From NCBI GenBank assembly GCA_964016885.1, contig OZ024741.1, positions 239,320,001-239,384,000 on the forward strand: a stretch of DNA of 64,000 bases. The letters are read 5' to 3'. The stretch comes from Eledone cirrhosa (lineage: Eukaryota). Under the pieces are notes generated by a model, which saw only the letters and a program-made list of their open reading frames with translations, searched no databases and had not been told where the DNA came from. Shown one piece after another: positions 35,740 through 49,064 of the stretch (its first letter is position 1; the number at the start of each line of letters is the position of its first letter). Position numbers and translations under genes: made by a program.

Positions 35740-36465
35740 CGACTTTGGAAGGATGAAAGGCAGAATTGACTTTGGTATGACTTGAAATTAGAACATTGAA
35801 GGCCATAACAAAATACCACAAAGTATTTTGTCTGATGCTCTTCTTATACTGACAATCCACAACCCTAAAAACAATAATTGTTTCTACTTTTGGCACAAGG
35901 CCAGCAATTACCCAGTGCATTACTGGTACTTTATTTTATCGACCCCGTAAGGATGACAGGCAAAGTTAACCTCGGTGGGATTTGAACTCAGATTGGAAAG
36001 GGCCGTAACTCTATGCGTCAAAGCATGGCGTCCGACCCTCTACCGATACTGCCAATCCACCTAAAAACAATAATAATGATTTCTAATTTAGGTTCATTTT
36101 GTTGGAAGGAGAAAGTTGATTATACTTGACTGGTACTTTATTGAACACAGGTGGATGAAAGGCAAACTTGGGATTCAGAACATAAAGGGGCATAATTAAA
36201 TGCTGCAAAGTATTTTGTCTGACACTAATGATTCTGCCAATCCACTATTTTATTGGTTACTAATTTAAGCACAGAGCCAATAATTTAGGCGAACAGGAAA
36301 GTTGAGTAAATTGACCACAGTACTTGACAAGTATTTTATTTTATCGACTCCTGAAGGATGAAAGACAAAGCTGACTTTGGCAGGATTTGTATTTAGAACA
36401 TAAAGAGACTCGACTAAATATTGTAAGGCATTTTGTGCAACATTTCTGCCAACCCACAGCCCTCT
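35740..36465 (-). mobile_element. Cluster of family-1 SINEs; youngest copy 35879-36061
   Basis: TSD TAAAAACAATAAT (35866-35878 / 36062-36074) around the young copy, older copies on both sides. Confidence 0.75.
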
Positions 36466-37274
36466 TAATACTAACAACAGCAATAACATTGATACGCACT
36501 CAGTGCTTCTATTTGCTTCTGAGGGATGGCACAGAAAATTGTAGGAAGTGTAATGTTGTATGGAAGTGAAACATAGGCAAGTAAAAGGAGAAGACATGTG
36601 AAGGCTGGAGAAAAATGAAGTAAGTATGCTTCAATGGATATGTGATGTTAATGTGCATGAACAATGAAGCATGGATAAACTGAGAGAGAGACACTGCATG
36701 TAAGAGGAATCAGATGTAGCGTGCAAGAAAGAAAACTGTGCTAGTATGGCCATGTGATGCATATGGAGGATAATTGTTAGGTGAAGAAGGACTAGGTGTT
36801 ACAAAGGGGAGGGAAGCTGTAGTAGAGGAAAACTAAGGTGTGTTTGGACAGAAGTTGTGAGAGTAGATCTCAAAACATTGTAGCTGACAAGGGAAATGAC
36901 AAATGACACAATGGGTGGAGGGAAGCTGTACTGGAAAAAAAAAAACGTCCAAGCTATACAAGCAAGGAAAAGCAGACATAAAACAGATGATAGTGGTGAT
37001 GGTGATGATGAATATTAATATCATGCAAGCAAAAACTCATAGAAATTTAGGAATGGAATATAAATGTAGAGGTATTTATGCTTCACACAAGGTCAATAAG
37101 AAATTTAATACAACAAAACAACAAAAACATAATATGTTGAACAAACAGGTGACAATCGGTCACTGGCACAGCACAGCTTCAAATCGAGCCGTTTGTTTAC
37201 AAACGAATCAAATATTATTATTAATGTTCAATATAGCCCATATGTACATATGTATATGTATATATGTGTGTGTA

Positions 37275-37662
37275 TCATCATCATCATCATCATCGTTTTA
37301 CGTTCATTCTTCCACGCGAGCATAGGTTAGACGGGTTGTCCTGTTGTGGGCAGTGTCCGGTCGGCTGACCTTGTCTTGCTCATACGGGAACTGATTCTGG
37401 CTTGGTTTCTACAGCTGGATGCCCTTCCTAACACCAACCTCATTTACAGTGAGTCCTGGGTGCTTTTTTACCGTGGTGCTTGTTTACCGTGGCACCTCCA
37501 TGACCACTTTGCAGTGGAATGATATGGACCCCAGTCCCTATCATCTCATTTCTACAGCTGAGTAAACTGGAGCAATGGAAACAACACATCACCCGGTCTG
37601 AGAATTGAACTCACAACCTTTCGATTGCAAGGCCAATGCTCTAACCACTAAGTCATATGCCT

Positions 37663-37665
<3 letters not shown>
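37275..37665 (-). mobile_element. Composite SINE (tRNA/CORE head + family-3 (GAT)n tail)
   Basis: (CAT)n; ggatgcccttcctaacaccaacc; ends gaattgaactc..ctctaaccactaag..tgcctcc; paralog at 43545-43882. Confidence 0.7.
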
Positions 37666-37699
<34 letters not shown>

Positions 37700-38498
37700 C
37701 ATATGTGTGTACATGTGCATACTTTATATATATATATAGGCACTTCTAGGTTCACTTTGCAACCATGTGATTTCAGGTTTGATCCCACTCCATGGTTTCA
37801 TAAGTGACTACTGATAACTTATGAGTGAAATTTGGTAGATGGAAACTGTACGGAAGACCATTGCATGTGTGTGGGGGGAGGGGGTCTGTCTTCATGATGA
37901 TAATACTTAAACAATTAGTGCTATTTGTCTTGCATCTTAGCAATTTATTGGTGAAGATCAACAGAATAAGAAGCATACCTAAAAAATAAGTTGTCATCAG
38001 GAAAAGCACCTCGCCATATAATACTGCTTCTAATTCTTTCATTGCCATATTTCGAATGAAATACACTGCTTATATGTTTCAATTAATTTTGAAAATAAAC
38101 AAAAATCTGAAGGAGTTTAATGAAATAACTAAGTTAATATCTAGAACATTACAAACATTTGTAAAATAAATTTATGATGGAAGGTTTTAATATAAACATT
38201 TTAAAATGACCAGTTTTGTATCATAAATAGAGGGCAGTTCCAGATGGTTTAGTATCAAAAAGGCTAAAGGTCTCATCCAAACCCAGGGAAAAGTGAATAT
38301 AAAAACAATGACATCGATGGGGATAAGAGGAGGAGATAAAGTTAATTGAAGTGGCCCAAGTATATGCCTAATATTTATTCTATTGTTCTTGGAAAGAGGA
38401 AAAGCAAAACTGATCCAGAGGTAAGTTGAAAGCTGATCATAGAAAGAGGAAACTAAGTATTGCCAAGTAAGAAAATACTTACAAAAATATAGACTTAC

Positions 38499-38850
38499 AT
38501 TCATCATACGTTCCCAATGTTCTGTTAATGGTTGTCTGTGTCACTGCTGCTATGGTGTGACAATGGCTTCATGTTGATGGAATAGTGTTGGTAGTGAGTC
38601 AGTGGGAACCAGCAGTTCCTCTCAGTCTTCTGTGTGTATGTGTGATGTTTACTGAGTGTGAGTGTATATATACAATATATAAGTGTGAAAGAGATAAGGG
38701 AGTGTGGTTCTTACTCTAGTCTCAATCAGACTAGATGATGTGTTTCCCCTCACAGAGGAGAGAAAGGGAGAGAAGACACACAATATCAGTTCCACTAATA
38801 GTTTGCAATAATAAGCCTATATAATACTAACAGCATGTGTGATATAGAGG
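38499..38850 (-). promoter_or_regulatory. Promoter + leader exon 1 of Pcdh-D (copy 5); uORF1 at 38525-38572
   Basis: Donor ATGATGAAT|GTAAGT (38493-38498) retained despite an internal deletion; Inr-like 38651-38655. Confidence 0.68.
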
Positions 38851-39262
38851 TGATGGTGATCATTTCATGGTAATATCCGTGTGTATATAGAGAGGGATCA
38901 GTAGAAATATTCATTGTTTAGAGATTATTTAAAGTTAACATAGCTGATGATGTAAATGTAAGTTGTAGCTTGTCTAAATATGAGAGGATATTAGCAAAGT
39001 TCTTCATTTAATTTATTTTGTTTAAAACTTCAAAAATTACCAATGACTTGTTAAATTTGTTAAAACTTGAAAGTAAGATAATTGAATAAAATTTAATTAT
39101 TTTTTTTTTAAATATTCATTTTCAAAAATCAAATTATAAATATATTATTATTAATATATTGTCAACTAACTAATTAAAATAAAGTTATGTAACATGTTTA
39201 AGGAAGCAATACTTTCATTGATGGCAATTTGATTAATTGTTACTAAATTAAAGAATATAATA

Positions 39263-39381
39263 TCATTGAGTAACAACATCTGGTGTAGCAGGCAACTGTC
39301 TCTCTGGGTTTTTTACATATCTATCTTGGTACTGTTGTCTTTCAGTATTGGCTGGAAAATCTGATTGTATAGAGTAATGTC
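39263..39381 (-). CDS. Pcdh: Pcdh-E exon 4: GHYSIQSDFPANTERQQYQDRYVKNPERQLPATPDVVTQ*
   Basis: TTTTTCAG acceptor, 119 nt to TGA. Confidence 0.87.
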
Positions 39382-39503
39382 CTGAAAAATAAGATATACC
39401 ATATATCAATATCATTTATTGTTTCATCAAATGTCTTTATATATATATATATATATATATATACGATATTAACAAATGGAAACTATATTTATAAAACCAT
39501 ATT

Positions 39504-39568
39504 TATTTCATTATATATATTTCAAGGATACCAAGTTAAATTATGGTATGCCTTCATCAGACAAAATA
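39504..39568 (-). ncRNA. Minimal type-I hammerhead ribozyme motif, sense to the Pcdh-E pre-mRNA
   Basis: UAUUUUGU-CUGAUGA-[AGGCAUACCA..UGGUAUCCUU]-GAAA-UAUAUA-UA/AUGAAAUA: intact core, stem II, palindromic stem III, stem I with 2 GU pairs. Confidence 0.6.
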
Positions 39569-39652
39569 CATACTATCCTGATGTCTTCCAAAAGTAACGG
39601 TTGCATTTTGAAAGGGTACGTCAATGTTTATTTATAAAACTGGTATATATTG

Positions 39653-39717
39653 TATTTTGTCTGATGAAGGCATACCATAATTTAACTTGGTATCCTTGAA
39701 ATATGTATAATGAAATA
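39653..39717 (+). ncRNA. Mirror copy of the hammerhead motif
   Basis: CTGATGA 39661-39667, GAAA 39698-39701, stem III TATGTA. Confidence 0.55.
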
Positions 39718-39846
39718 AATATGGTTTTATAAATATAGTTTCCATTTGTTAATATCGTATTTCTACTCCAAATACTTGTCGAGTGCTTTATATCAGTTAT
39801 AAAAATATTTGCTTGTTGTATCCCAACAATTTAAATAGAACTTTGC

Positions 39847-39885
<39 letters not shown>

Positions 39886-40141
39886 GGGGGGGGGGGGGCA
39901 TAGTAGTGATCAGATTTCGTTAGGTGAAAACGGAAGACTATATCAACATGCAATGGTTTTTAACTCAACAGGTGAGAGGTTTATCAAGTGTTTCCGTGGT
40001 GGTTAACAGCAGGTACAATGAAGGTAATTCCAGGAGTGTCTATATATAATATAAGTAACATGAACATGAGAACATCACAGTTTCAGGATCCTCTAACTGT
40101 GATGTCATATTTATGTTATTATATTATATATTATATTATAT

Positions 40142-40193
<52 letters not shown>

Positions 40194-40352
40194 GCATTTA
40201 ATTATTTGATTCCATCTTATGTTTGTTTCTTTAATCTAGATGTGTTGATAATGGTTTTATACTTCTATGATGTGTTGACATCTTTGGTGTATGTAAGTTT
40301 TCAGAACATAATCACTGACTGTGAAAGGAGTTACAAATGCAAAAGAAATAAT

Positions 40353-40533
40353 TGTTTCTACTTTAGGCACAAGGCCAGCAATTACCCAGTGCATTACTGG
40401 TACTTTATTTTATCGACCCTGTAAGGATGAAAGGCAAAGTCAACCTCGGCGGGATTTGAACTCAGATCATAAAGGGACGTAACTATGCTGGAAAGCATGG
40501 CGTCCGACCCTCTACCGATACTGCCAATCCACC
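40353..40533 (-). mobile_element. Full-length family-1 SINE
   Basis: 18-bp TSD AAATGCAAAAGAAATAAT (40335-40352 / 40534-40551). Confidence 0.88.
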
Positions 40534-40848
40534 AAATGCAAAAGAAATAATGATATACAAAATGTATATTAATATATTTAAATGAATATAATATGGAATA
40601 CAGTGATGACCAGAGTGACAAGAGGGAGAGGGTCAAGGAAAATCAATAATTCAAGAATCTTTATACAGGATGTTGTAATCAAAGGATTATTAAATATTTT
40701 TTACTATAAACCGCATCGTTTTTGACAGGTGCAACACTAGTATATACCTGTGTGTGTATGTGAGAGAGTGTAATGATTGTTCAACAGTTACAAGGTAGCT
40801 ATTGATATTTACATTTATATGTAAAGAAACAACAACAGAGTTCCTTAC

Positions 40849-41002
40849 CTGACATTGCTGGTATTTCTTCATACTGTCTACTTGACCTTTCACTCCAGCA
40901 CTGTCCACTAGTCTTATGACTGGTCAATGTATCAGTGGGATAGTTACAAGATGGTCTGTTGTCTCCATAAGACGTCACCTCTATAGGTTGACTATATTTC
41001 TG
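40849..41002 (-). CDS. Pcdh: Pcdh-E exon 3
   Basis: 154 nt, CAGCAG acceptor, G|GTAAGG donor. Confidence 0.9.
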
Positions 41003-42469
41003 CTGTAAAATAAAACATTAATTAATAGTTATAAAGCAACTTTACTGTTCTCTGAATAAATGTAAAGTCAATAGGCACAGCTCCTTCCCTCAGACCAAAC
41101 CACTTAAAAAGAAATTGTATTAAGAATATTATGGACAGTGGATTGCTACAGTTATATGTGGCTTATATCAATGTGAGAAAATAATACAACAAAATCATGA
41201 GATATCAAAACAGTATAACAGGTGATAGATGTCTTGTGGTTTTAATGTTTAACTGTATAGGCAGAAATAGGTACATATTTAAATAGATAGATAAATATGA
41301 GGAGAGAGGGGTAGACAGACAGAAATGTATATGTTTAGAAGAGAGAGAGCAGAAGACAATTGCATGATGTATGGGTAGATAGAATAGTATGACAGAATTA
41401 AATAGCACAATACTAAAGTAAAGTAAGTTGAATAAGTAAAATTTAGATTAAATTAACTAACACATTAATAATACTGTACTGACATTAACTCTTTCGTTAT
41501 ATTTGTAATGAAAAGCACTGCCTATTATTTTCAAATAAATTTAAAGATAATAAAGAATTTGGAGGGATTTGATAATATAACTGACTCATTATTAAGCTGG
41601 TGTTTACAGCATAAAGGTTCTTACTTAGAATTATGATAAAGATAAACACTTTAAAACAGTTTTATATTATAGAACCAGAGATGGTTTCAGGTGGTTTCGT
41701 ATAAAAAGGATTAACAGACAATTTTGTAAAGTCAATTCTATTAATTCAATGTAGAAACCAATACCTAAAGTTAAAATTACTCATTCCATTGAATGAATAT
41801 ATTCCATTCCTTCTGTGCTACAGTTAATAGAAATCACCAAAGTTCACTCCAATTTCACCATTTTCTTTTTCTTTCTTATCCCAATCCTTACTAAATTAGA
41901 CTGAACTGAATGGGTGGTCCCAATAAAGCAACAGATGAAATATGTCTTCACCTCACTGTATGAGTCATGCTTGCTAATTGGGTTATACTCAATAAATAAT
42001 CCATTCATAATTATTTCTGTTCATTAAATACACATTATTATGTTTGAGAAAAACTTCCCCTTTTAATTTTATATCTTCTTATGCTTCTGCTTTACCTCTC
42101 CCTAGTTTTATATGAGACCAGGAAATGACAGCAGAGATATAACAGCAGCTCCTGTAGTTATAATCTCTGTCAAATAAGTCACTTCCTCTAAAACTAATAA
42201 ATAGATTTCTTCTTATATGACTAATATTGCCCTTGCACCAACTTCACCCCCACCCTTCCACTCCCACATCTCTATCTGATTCAGCCCCTTGTTACACTAC
42301 ATTGATAACTATCTCCTTGCCACCACCACAATTTGTGGAAATTGTTGATATGGAGACAAACAGGAAATTAAGTTTCTCCTTCCATCCAAGCAGATATATA
42401 GCCTTTGTAAGGGGGCTGGCCCTAGAATTACAATACTAGATCTATCTAGTATTCTTTTCGTTGAAAAGA

Positions 42470-43060
42470 TAGATATAACCAGGTAGACAATGATATCATA
42501 GATAGATAAATAGTGGCAATATCAGATATAACCAAATAGGCAGTGATGATATATTATAACAAGGTAGACTGTGGTGAGGTCAGATATAACAAATAGACAG
42601 TGGTGATAGTATATATAATCAGGTAAACAGTGATAATATATAAACAAGTAGACAGTGGTAATATCATATAAGTAGATAGACAGTGGTAATATCATATAAA
42701 CAGGTAGACTGGTGATATCAGATATCACCAGGTAGATAATTGTGATATCAAACATAACGAGGTAGATAGTGGTGATATCATAAACTGATAGACAATGGTG
42801 ATAATCATAAACAGGTAAACTGTGACAATATCAGATATAACCAAGGCAATATATGTCTCCCTTTATTCCTCCTTTTTTTCCATCCTTCATTCCTTGTTCT
42901 TTCCTTCTCCCATTCCATGACATTCCTCCTTTTCTTCCCTCTCCCATTCCTTATGACATTCCTCCTTTTTTTCCATCCTTCATTCCTTGTTATTTCCTTC
43001 TCCCATTCCTTAAGACATTCCTCCTTTTTCTTCCATACCCACTTCCTTCATTCCATCTGT
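42470..43060. repeat. Two adjacent degenerate minisatellites (~30-bp GTAGACAGTGGTGATATCAGATATAACCAG; ~30-60-bp CT-rich GACATTCCTCCTTTT)
   Basis: About 12 units followed by about 4 pyrimidine-rich units. Confidence 0.7.
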
Positions 43061-43544
43061 TTTTCCTCTCATCTTGCTACCCATCTATCTAGCCTCCTTG
43101 CTTCACCTCCTCCACCCCACACTTTCAGACTGCTTCAAAATGTAAAATACTATAAACAAACTATATTAAATATACAGCATCACAGACAAACACATAGGAC
43201 ACAGGTATATGTACAAAAGAATGGAAAAAAGCAATCAACGCATAATGAGAGTTAAATATGTGCAATAAGTTTGATTATTCTTACACTACCATTGACTTCA
43301 TAAAGGTAAACATATGTCTACAAAACCAATGATATTGCAAGAATAATAAAAATTACTAATGCACACACACACATATATATATCATTATCATCACTGTTTA
43401 ATACCTATTTTCCATGGTTGCAGGGATTATACTGACTGTCATGTTATAAGGCTATACAGGTCAGGTGATTACATCTTGCTCATATGCTCCAATATATATA
43501 TACAATATACATATATATATATATATATGGGGGGGAGGGTATCA

Positions 43545-43882
43545 TCATTTTCATTTCATTTTACGTCCGCTTTTCCCTGCTTGCAAGGGTGGGACGGGAA
43601 CTGATTTTGGCTTGATTTCTACAGCTGGATGCCCTTCCTAACACCAACCTCATTTACAGTGAGTGCTGGGTGCTTTTTTGCCGTGGCACCTCCACGACCA
43701 CTTTGCAGTGGAATGATATGGACCCCAGTCCCTATCATCTCATTTCTACAGCTGAGTAAACTGGAGCAATGTGAAATAAAGTGTCTTGCTCAAGGAAACA
43801 ACACATCACCCGGTCTGAGAATTGAACTCACAACCTTTCGATTGCAAGGCCAATGCTCTAACCACTAAGCCATGTGCCTCCA
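43545..43882 (-). mobile_element. Composite SINE, paralog of 37275-37665
   Basis: Long near-identical stretches; CORE-like aaataaagtgtcttgctcaagg. Confidence 0.72.
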
Positions 43883-44364
43883 TGTTAATAAATATAAAGC
43901 CACAGTTATACATTTCCATACTTCAATTTATTAAATAACAACTGTTACATACATTTCTGAGGCATTACATAATAGCTTATATAAATCTAACTCATCATCA
44001 GACAGGTTTTCATAAAGAAGGTGAGACTCCGGGACATAAGTTGTTAATTATCAAAAACTCAGTCAACATACATCAGAAAATAAGAGTTTCCCACATGTTC
44101 TACTGGTACAAGCAAGGCACCCAATATGCTTCAAATTAATTTCATCATCTATTTCCCTTCCTGCTACACTTACTTCCTACAACCTACACACTCATCATGT
44201 ACAGAATCCTCTACACTGCTACCATGTAGTAAAATGCAGCACATGGCCTGTTTATACTCCATCCCGCCACTGTCACTTATTATTATGCTTTGTTGTTCAT
44301 GCACACTAACTAGCATTACAGATCCACAAGGGAAAATGCATTTCTTTTCTTTCTAGTCTTAAAG

Positions 44365-44578
44365 TGGTGGATTGACAGAATTGTCAGAACATCAGAAGAA
44401 ATGCTTTGAAATATTTATTCAGGCTCTTTATATTCTGAGTTCAAATCCCACCAAGGTTAACTTTGCCTTCCATTCTTCCATAGTTGATAAAATAAAGTAC
44501 CAGTCAAGTACTTGCTCAATTTAATTGATTTACCACTTCCTCTGAATTGATTGCGCCTAAATTAGAAATCATTATTAT
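44365..44578 (+). mobile_element. Older family-1 SINE
   Basis: gtggattgacagaa head, B box gagttcaaatccc, gataaaataaagtaccag. Confidence 0.7.
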
Positions 44579-45406
44579 TTTCATCATCATTAGCACTGCA
44601 CTCATACCATCAGCTATCTATCCATATACAGATTTCCCACCTTGGCAGCATTGCTGTGTATGATGCAGCACTATTAATTATAACTCCCTTTTCTCTGTCC
44701 TGTCATCTATCATACTTCTGGCCTTCATTCTCTCTCACCCATATAGCTCTTGCTTGACATCTAGTACCTACCGTCATCCATTACCTGTGCTCTCCTCTTT
44801 ATGTTTCTATTACTATTTTCTAATAAATCGCCTACCAACAACCAATCAAGTAGCCCTCACTCACTCCATATCATCCCATTACTGTTGATCATGTTTGCCT
44901 TGGAAAAAAGCAACATCCCTTATATTGGTGCCACCATAAAATGCAGTCTGTACATTCTGTAAAGTGGGTGGCATTGTAACAGTAGGAATGTTAGGAAGAG
45001 CAACCAGCCATAAAAAAAACTTGCCAAAAAGGATAGAGCCTACTCCACAGGCACATCAAGAACATGATAACCTCCTTAGTCATGGCACCATTAAACTATG
45101 TAAATCAGTTGGCATTATAAAAGGCCCACAGCAATCAGAAACCATACGGAAAATAGAATATATTGAGCAGGACATGATCCCCTGAATCATCTAGGAAAAT
45201 ACTCAGTCTCATGAAGATTATGCTTGATCTGTAATGATCCATCTCACCCATCATTTAACATCTATTTTCCCATGCTGACATGGGTTGGACAGGTCATCAC
45301 AGATGAAATTAGTACTTAATCATTGCTACAGACAATAGTAGAGACATGAAGATATATATTCATATACACAAAAAGATGTTAATGTAATTATTAGAGTGCA
45401 ACTTAC

Positions 45407-47815
45407 CTTCATAGATTTCTGAAGTGTTCTGTTCATTGTTGATGTCGTCCAGTCTTCAGGATAGTAATGACTTCTAGACTGACTATATCTGTCTGATATC
45501 TCTCCTTGATTACCTGACATCACAGATACACTGTTGTTACCTTGATAGATCAACTGTCTCATCTCATTACGACATTGGTATGCCTGTTTCTCTTCTGTTG
45601 TTCTAGCTGAGTTATTTCTCACATTGTTACATCTCACAATACACAATGTTATAGAAACCACAATAGCAATAGATACTATCACAGCTGCTACTACAATGAT
45701 AATCAACAATGTTGCATCTATTGTGTTATCAGTTGGTACATGGACAGCTGTGAACATTGGTGATGTCTTGTTACTAACAGTCAGTGTTAAAGAGACACTA
45801 GTTGTTGCTGACAGAACTGGAGTACCACTGTCTTTCACAACAAACTCCAGTTGATATGATCCAGCATCATTTTGGTAAACTGTGCGAGAGTAAGATAAGA
45901 CACCAGTGAATGAGTCCAGTTTAAATAACTGTCTCTCATTACCTGAAAGGATTTCATACCTGAGAAAAGCATTCATGTGACTGTCTATATCAGAGGCTTT
46001 CAGAAGTGTGATGTCATTCTTACTTTGTGGATGATAGTGGACATCAAGAGTGAAAGGGTCAACACTAGGAAATGTAAAATATGGAACATTATCATTTTTA
46101 TCTAATACTTCCACTTCAACATTTACTGTGTTATTTAGAGATGGTGTTCCATTGTCTTTGACTAAAACCTCAAAGTCATAGAAATCTCTGTGTTCTCTGT
46201 CTAAAGACTGGTTTGTTGAAATAAAACCAGAGTTGATAATCTGGAATGGTAGATGATATTGGTGTTTATTTCTCAGATGATAACTTAATTCACCTCCCTT
46301 ACCAACATCTGGGTCTGTAGCATTGATAAAACCAATAGGGAAATTAGCTTTGTCATTCTCATAGGTAAGGAACTTGAATGTATCTTTGGTAAAGTGTGGT
46401 TTTACATCATTCACATCTAACACTTGTATTGAGAGATCTTTATCAGTTTTGAGAGGAGGTAATCCTTTATCTTGACAGGAGACAGTAAAGTGATAATGTT
46501 CCTGTGTCTCTCTGTCTACTGCTTTCTTTAGAACTATTTTATATTCTTTAGATCCCATTGATTGTAGTTTGAATGTATCATGTTTGATATTACAGCTGAC
46601 CTCTCCATTGTGTCCAACATCATTGTCAGTGACCATCACATAAGCAATGAAACTACCAACTTTGATATCTTCCAGAATGGTAGCTGTGTTGTGATTTGGT
46701 GTAGAAATATAGTTGACATCAATATTCGGAGGATTGTTGTGTTCATTGATAACATTAACATGAACAGCTGCTATAGAACTCAGTGGGGGATTTCCACCAT
46801 CTCTGGCTTCTATATACAGTGTATACATTATCTTTTCTCTAATATTAATTTCATCAATCAAAAACATATCTCCAGTTGTTTTATTCAAGCCAAAATATGT
46901 TTTGTCGATATCAGAAGTCATTGGACTAAAATAATAAGAGACTATCCCATTTTTTCCACTGTCTTTATCCTTTGCAGCAAGAGTTAATATTGGTTTGTAT
47001 ATTTTATAAATATTTTGAATAGAAATGTTGTATATATCATTAGAGAAGACAGGTAAATTATCATTCTCATCTCCTACTGTTATTTTCACCTCTAAGAGAC
47101 ACTCTTTTGGTGGAGTCCCTCCATCTTTAGCTGTTACTTGAATATGGTAAATGTCTTCTAACTCTCTGTCTAATTTTTCATTCAAAACAATTTCCAATCT
47201 AGATATTCCATCAACTCTTTTAGAAACAGACAATGCAAATTTTGCAGAATCATTTTTTAAATCATATGTAATCAATCTATTTTGATATCCCACATCTTTA
47301 TCAACAGCATTAGGTATGGCCTTTTTCATACCTCTACCATCTCCTTCCCTAAACCCTAGAGTGATGTCTTTCTCAGGAAACTCAGGTTGGTGATCATTGA
47401 TGTCTTCTATTATGACTTTAATTTTTAATATTTGTATAAATGTTTTATGTTTACGGATAGCAATTTTCACAGTTCTATAACATTCAGTATTATACCGACA
47501 CAAAGCTTCAGCATCCAGAGTCTCAGCTGTGTACAATTTTCCTGCTTTTGTGACATTAAATAGCTGTGTTCCTTTTTGTATTAGTTGATTAAATGTAAAC
47601 AGACTGGCATCACCAGTTAAGATAGTTTTGGTGAAATGAGGTTGAATAGCAATGTCACCTATATAAGAATAAGGCAAATTCTCTTCCTTTACATGAAAGA
47701 TAATGTCTTTACATAAACAACAATGTATACACAATAGAAGTATGTAAACTGTTGCAAACATGTTTGACATTTGATGAAGAAGGGCTTTTATATAATAAAA
47801 TTTTATCAACTGCAT
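45407..47815 (-). CDS. Pcdh: Pcdh-E exon 2 (EC1-6, TM; Met at 47815, 47770 or 47761)
   Basis: Cadherin ORF; acceptor TTTCCTTTCAG ending at 47816, so the first 36 codons of the 865-aa ORF are intronic; donor AAG|GTAAGT. Confidence 0.95.
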
Positions 47816-49064
47816 CTGAAAGGAAAGCAAAATAAAATGAAAATCCATTTTCCCAATTTTACTGCAAACTTTCAAGGTTAAAGATTTTGAAAAGTTTGAG
47901 TTCAAGACCAAAAACATGGCCATACTAAAATTAAAATATATAAATATTCAATTGAAGTCCACTGAAGTTTATCATTTTAAAGAAATACCTTAATACCTAA
48001 TCAGTAATAAACAAAACTTGTCACATTTTTTTTTTTACTCCAAGTAATTTAATAAGATATTCAAATATTTTTAGTTTAACCTATTCACTACAATTCAGCT
48101 GTGATAGACTGTTGAGGATTATTAATCTTATTTCAGTATTGATAAACAATAGCATTGTTGGGTATAGGTTTACAAAGAGTCAATTACTCGTCACTGCATT
48201 TCTTATGATTAGGGTAATAAAGGAGTGCCTATAATACAGTGCAGGACAAATATAACAAAGGACTTCATTTGAAGAGCACCTGTTTTTTACCGTTGTTTTC
48301 ACATACACACATGATAAAAGATATGGAACAGATTTATTAACAGATAAATAATCAGTCCTATACTATGTTGAAATATGCAAAAGATATAACAATTATGAAA
48401 AAAATATTGAAACATATCTCACCTATCTTTTTAGATGAAAATGTTCTGTTCTGAGGCTGGGAAAATCTAGCTTCTGTTTTATTCATCTCTTCATTTAGTT
48501 TCAAGATGATCAACCTGCAAGGTTAGCAAAACATTAATGTGATTTAATAAGATCTATATAAATGTTAGATGAAATGCATTGTATCTGAAGCTTTTAAATA
48601 AAATATAATGATATGTAAAATGATGTCAACGGCAATTTGTAGTTTGTTGTAATAGGTTTTTTTTATAATTTATTAACAATGGTTAAGAGCTGGATTAAGC
48701 TGGCATGCCAAACAAAGAAATAAACAAATTAAGATTGCAGAAGGCATGGTCTACTGGCTGAAGTGTTAGCCAGGCCGTGGTTAAATTGTTGTGTTCCATT
48801 TTAGTTAATGGTTGTGGAGCAAAAGCAAAATGGTTGTTTACCTTACCACAGTCAAGCTGCAAGAGAATGAATTTATTAAAAGTCGCGGGGAAAGTCTTAG
48901 TTTGGGTGGAAGTTGAAAATACATATCCGTGCGCGGATAGTGATTGGCCTAACTTAGCCAAATCATGCATGGACAGGGTATCAATGCGCCAAAGAAAAGT
49001 AGCTTGCTACATATCTTTTCTGACTTTTTATATTCTGAGTTCAATTTCCACCTAGGTGCCTAAA

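Larger units (their letters stand above)
39461..39760. repeat. 110-bp inverted repeat (1 mismatch) with 80-bp spacer; probable Penelope-like element end
   Basis: 39461-39570 is the reverse complement of 39651-39760. Confidence 0.9.

Noticed and set aside
39263-39381. Suspected frameshift in Pcdh-E exon 4
   Set aside because: Recounting the T runs gives an intact 39-codon frame; none of the six genes shows a disabling lesion.
47816-47923. N-terminal extensions of the ORF-track proteins (e.g. MAMFLVLNS... of the 865-aa ORF) and C-terminal tails after ...KST(R/K)V
   Set aside because: They lie outside the splice acceptor/donor sites and are intronic read-through of the ORF finder.
48695-49055. 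Overlapping 91/92-aa ORFs in a GC-richer patch
   Set aside because: No recognisable domain, no splice context and no paralogous copy; left as an unidentified insertion.
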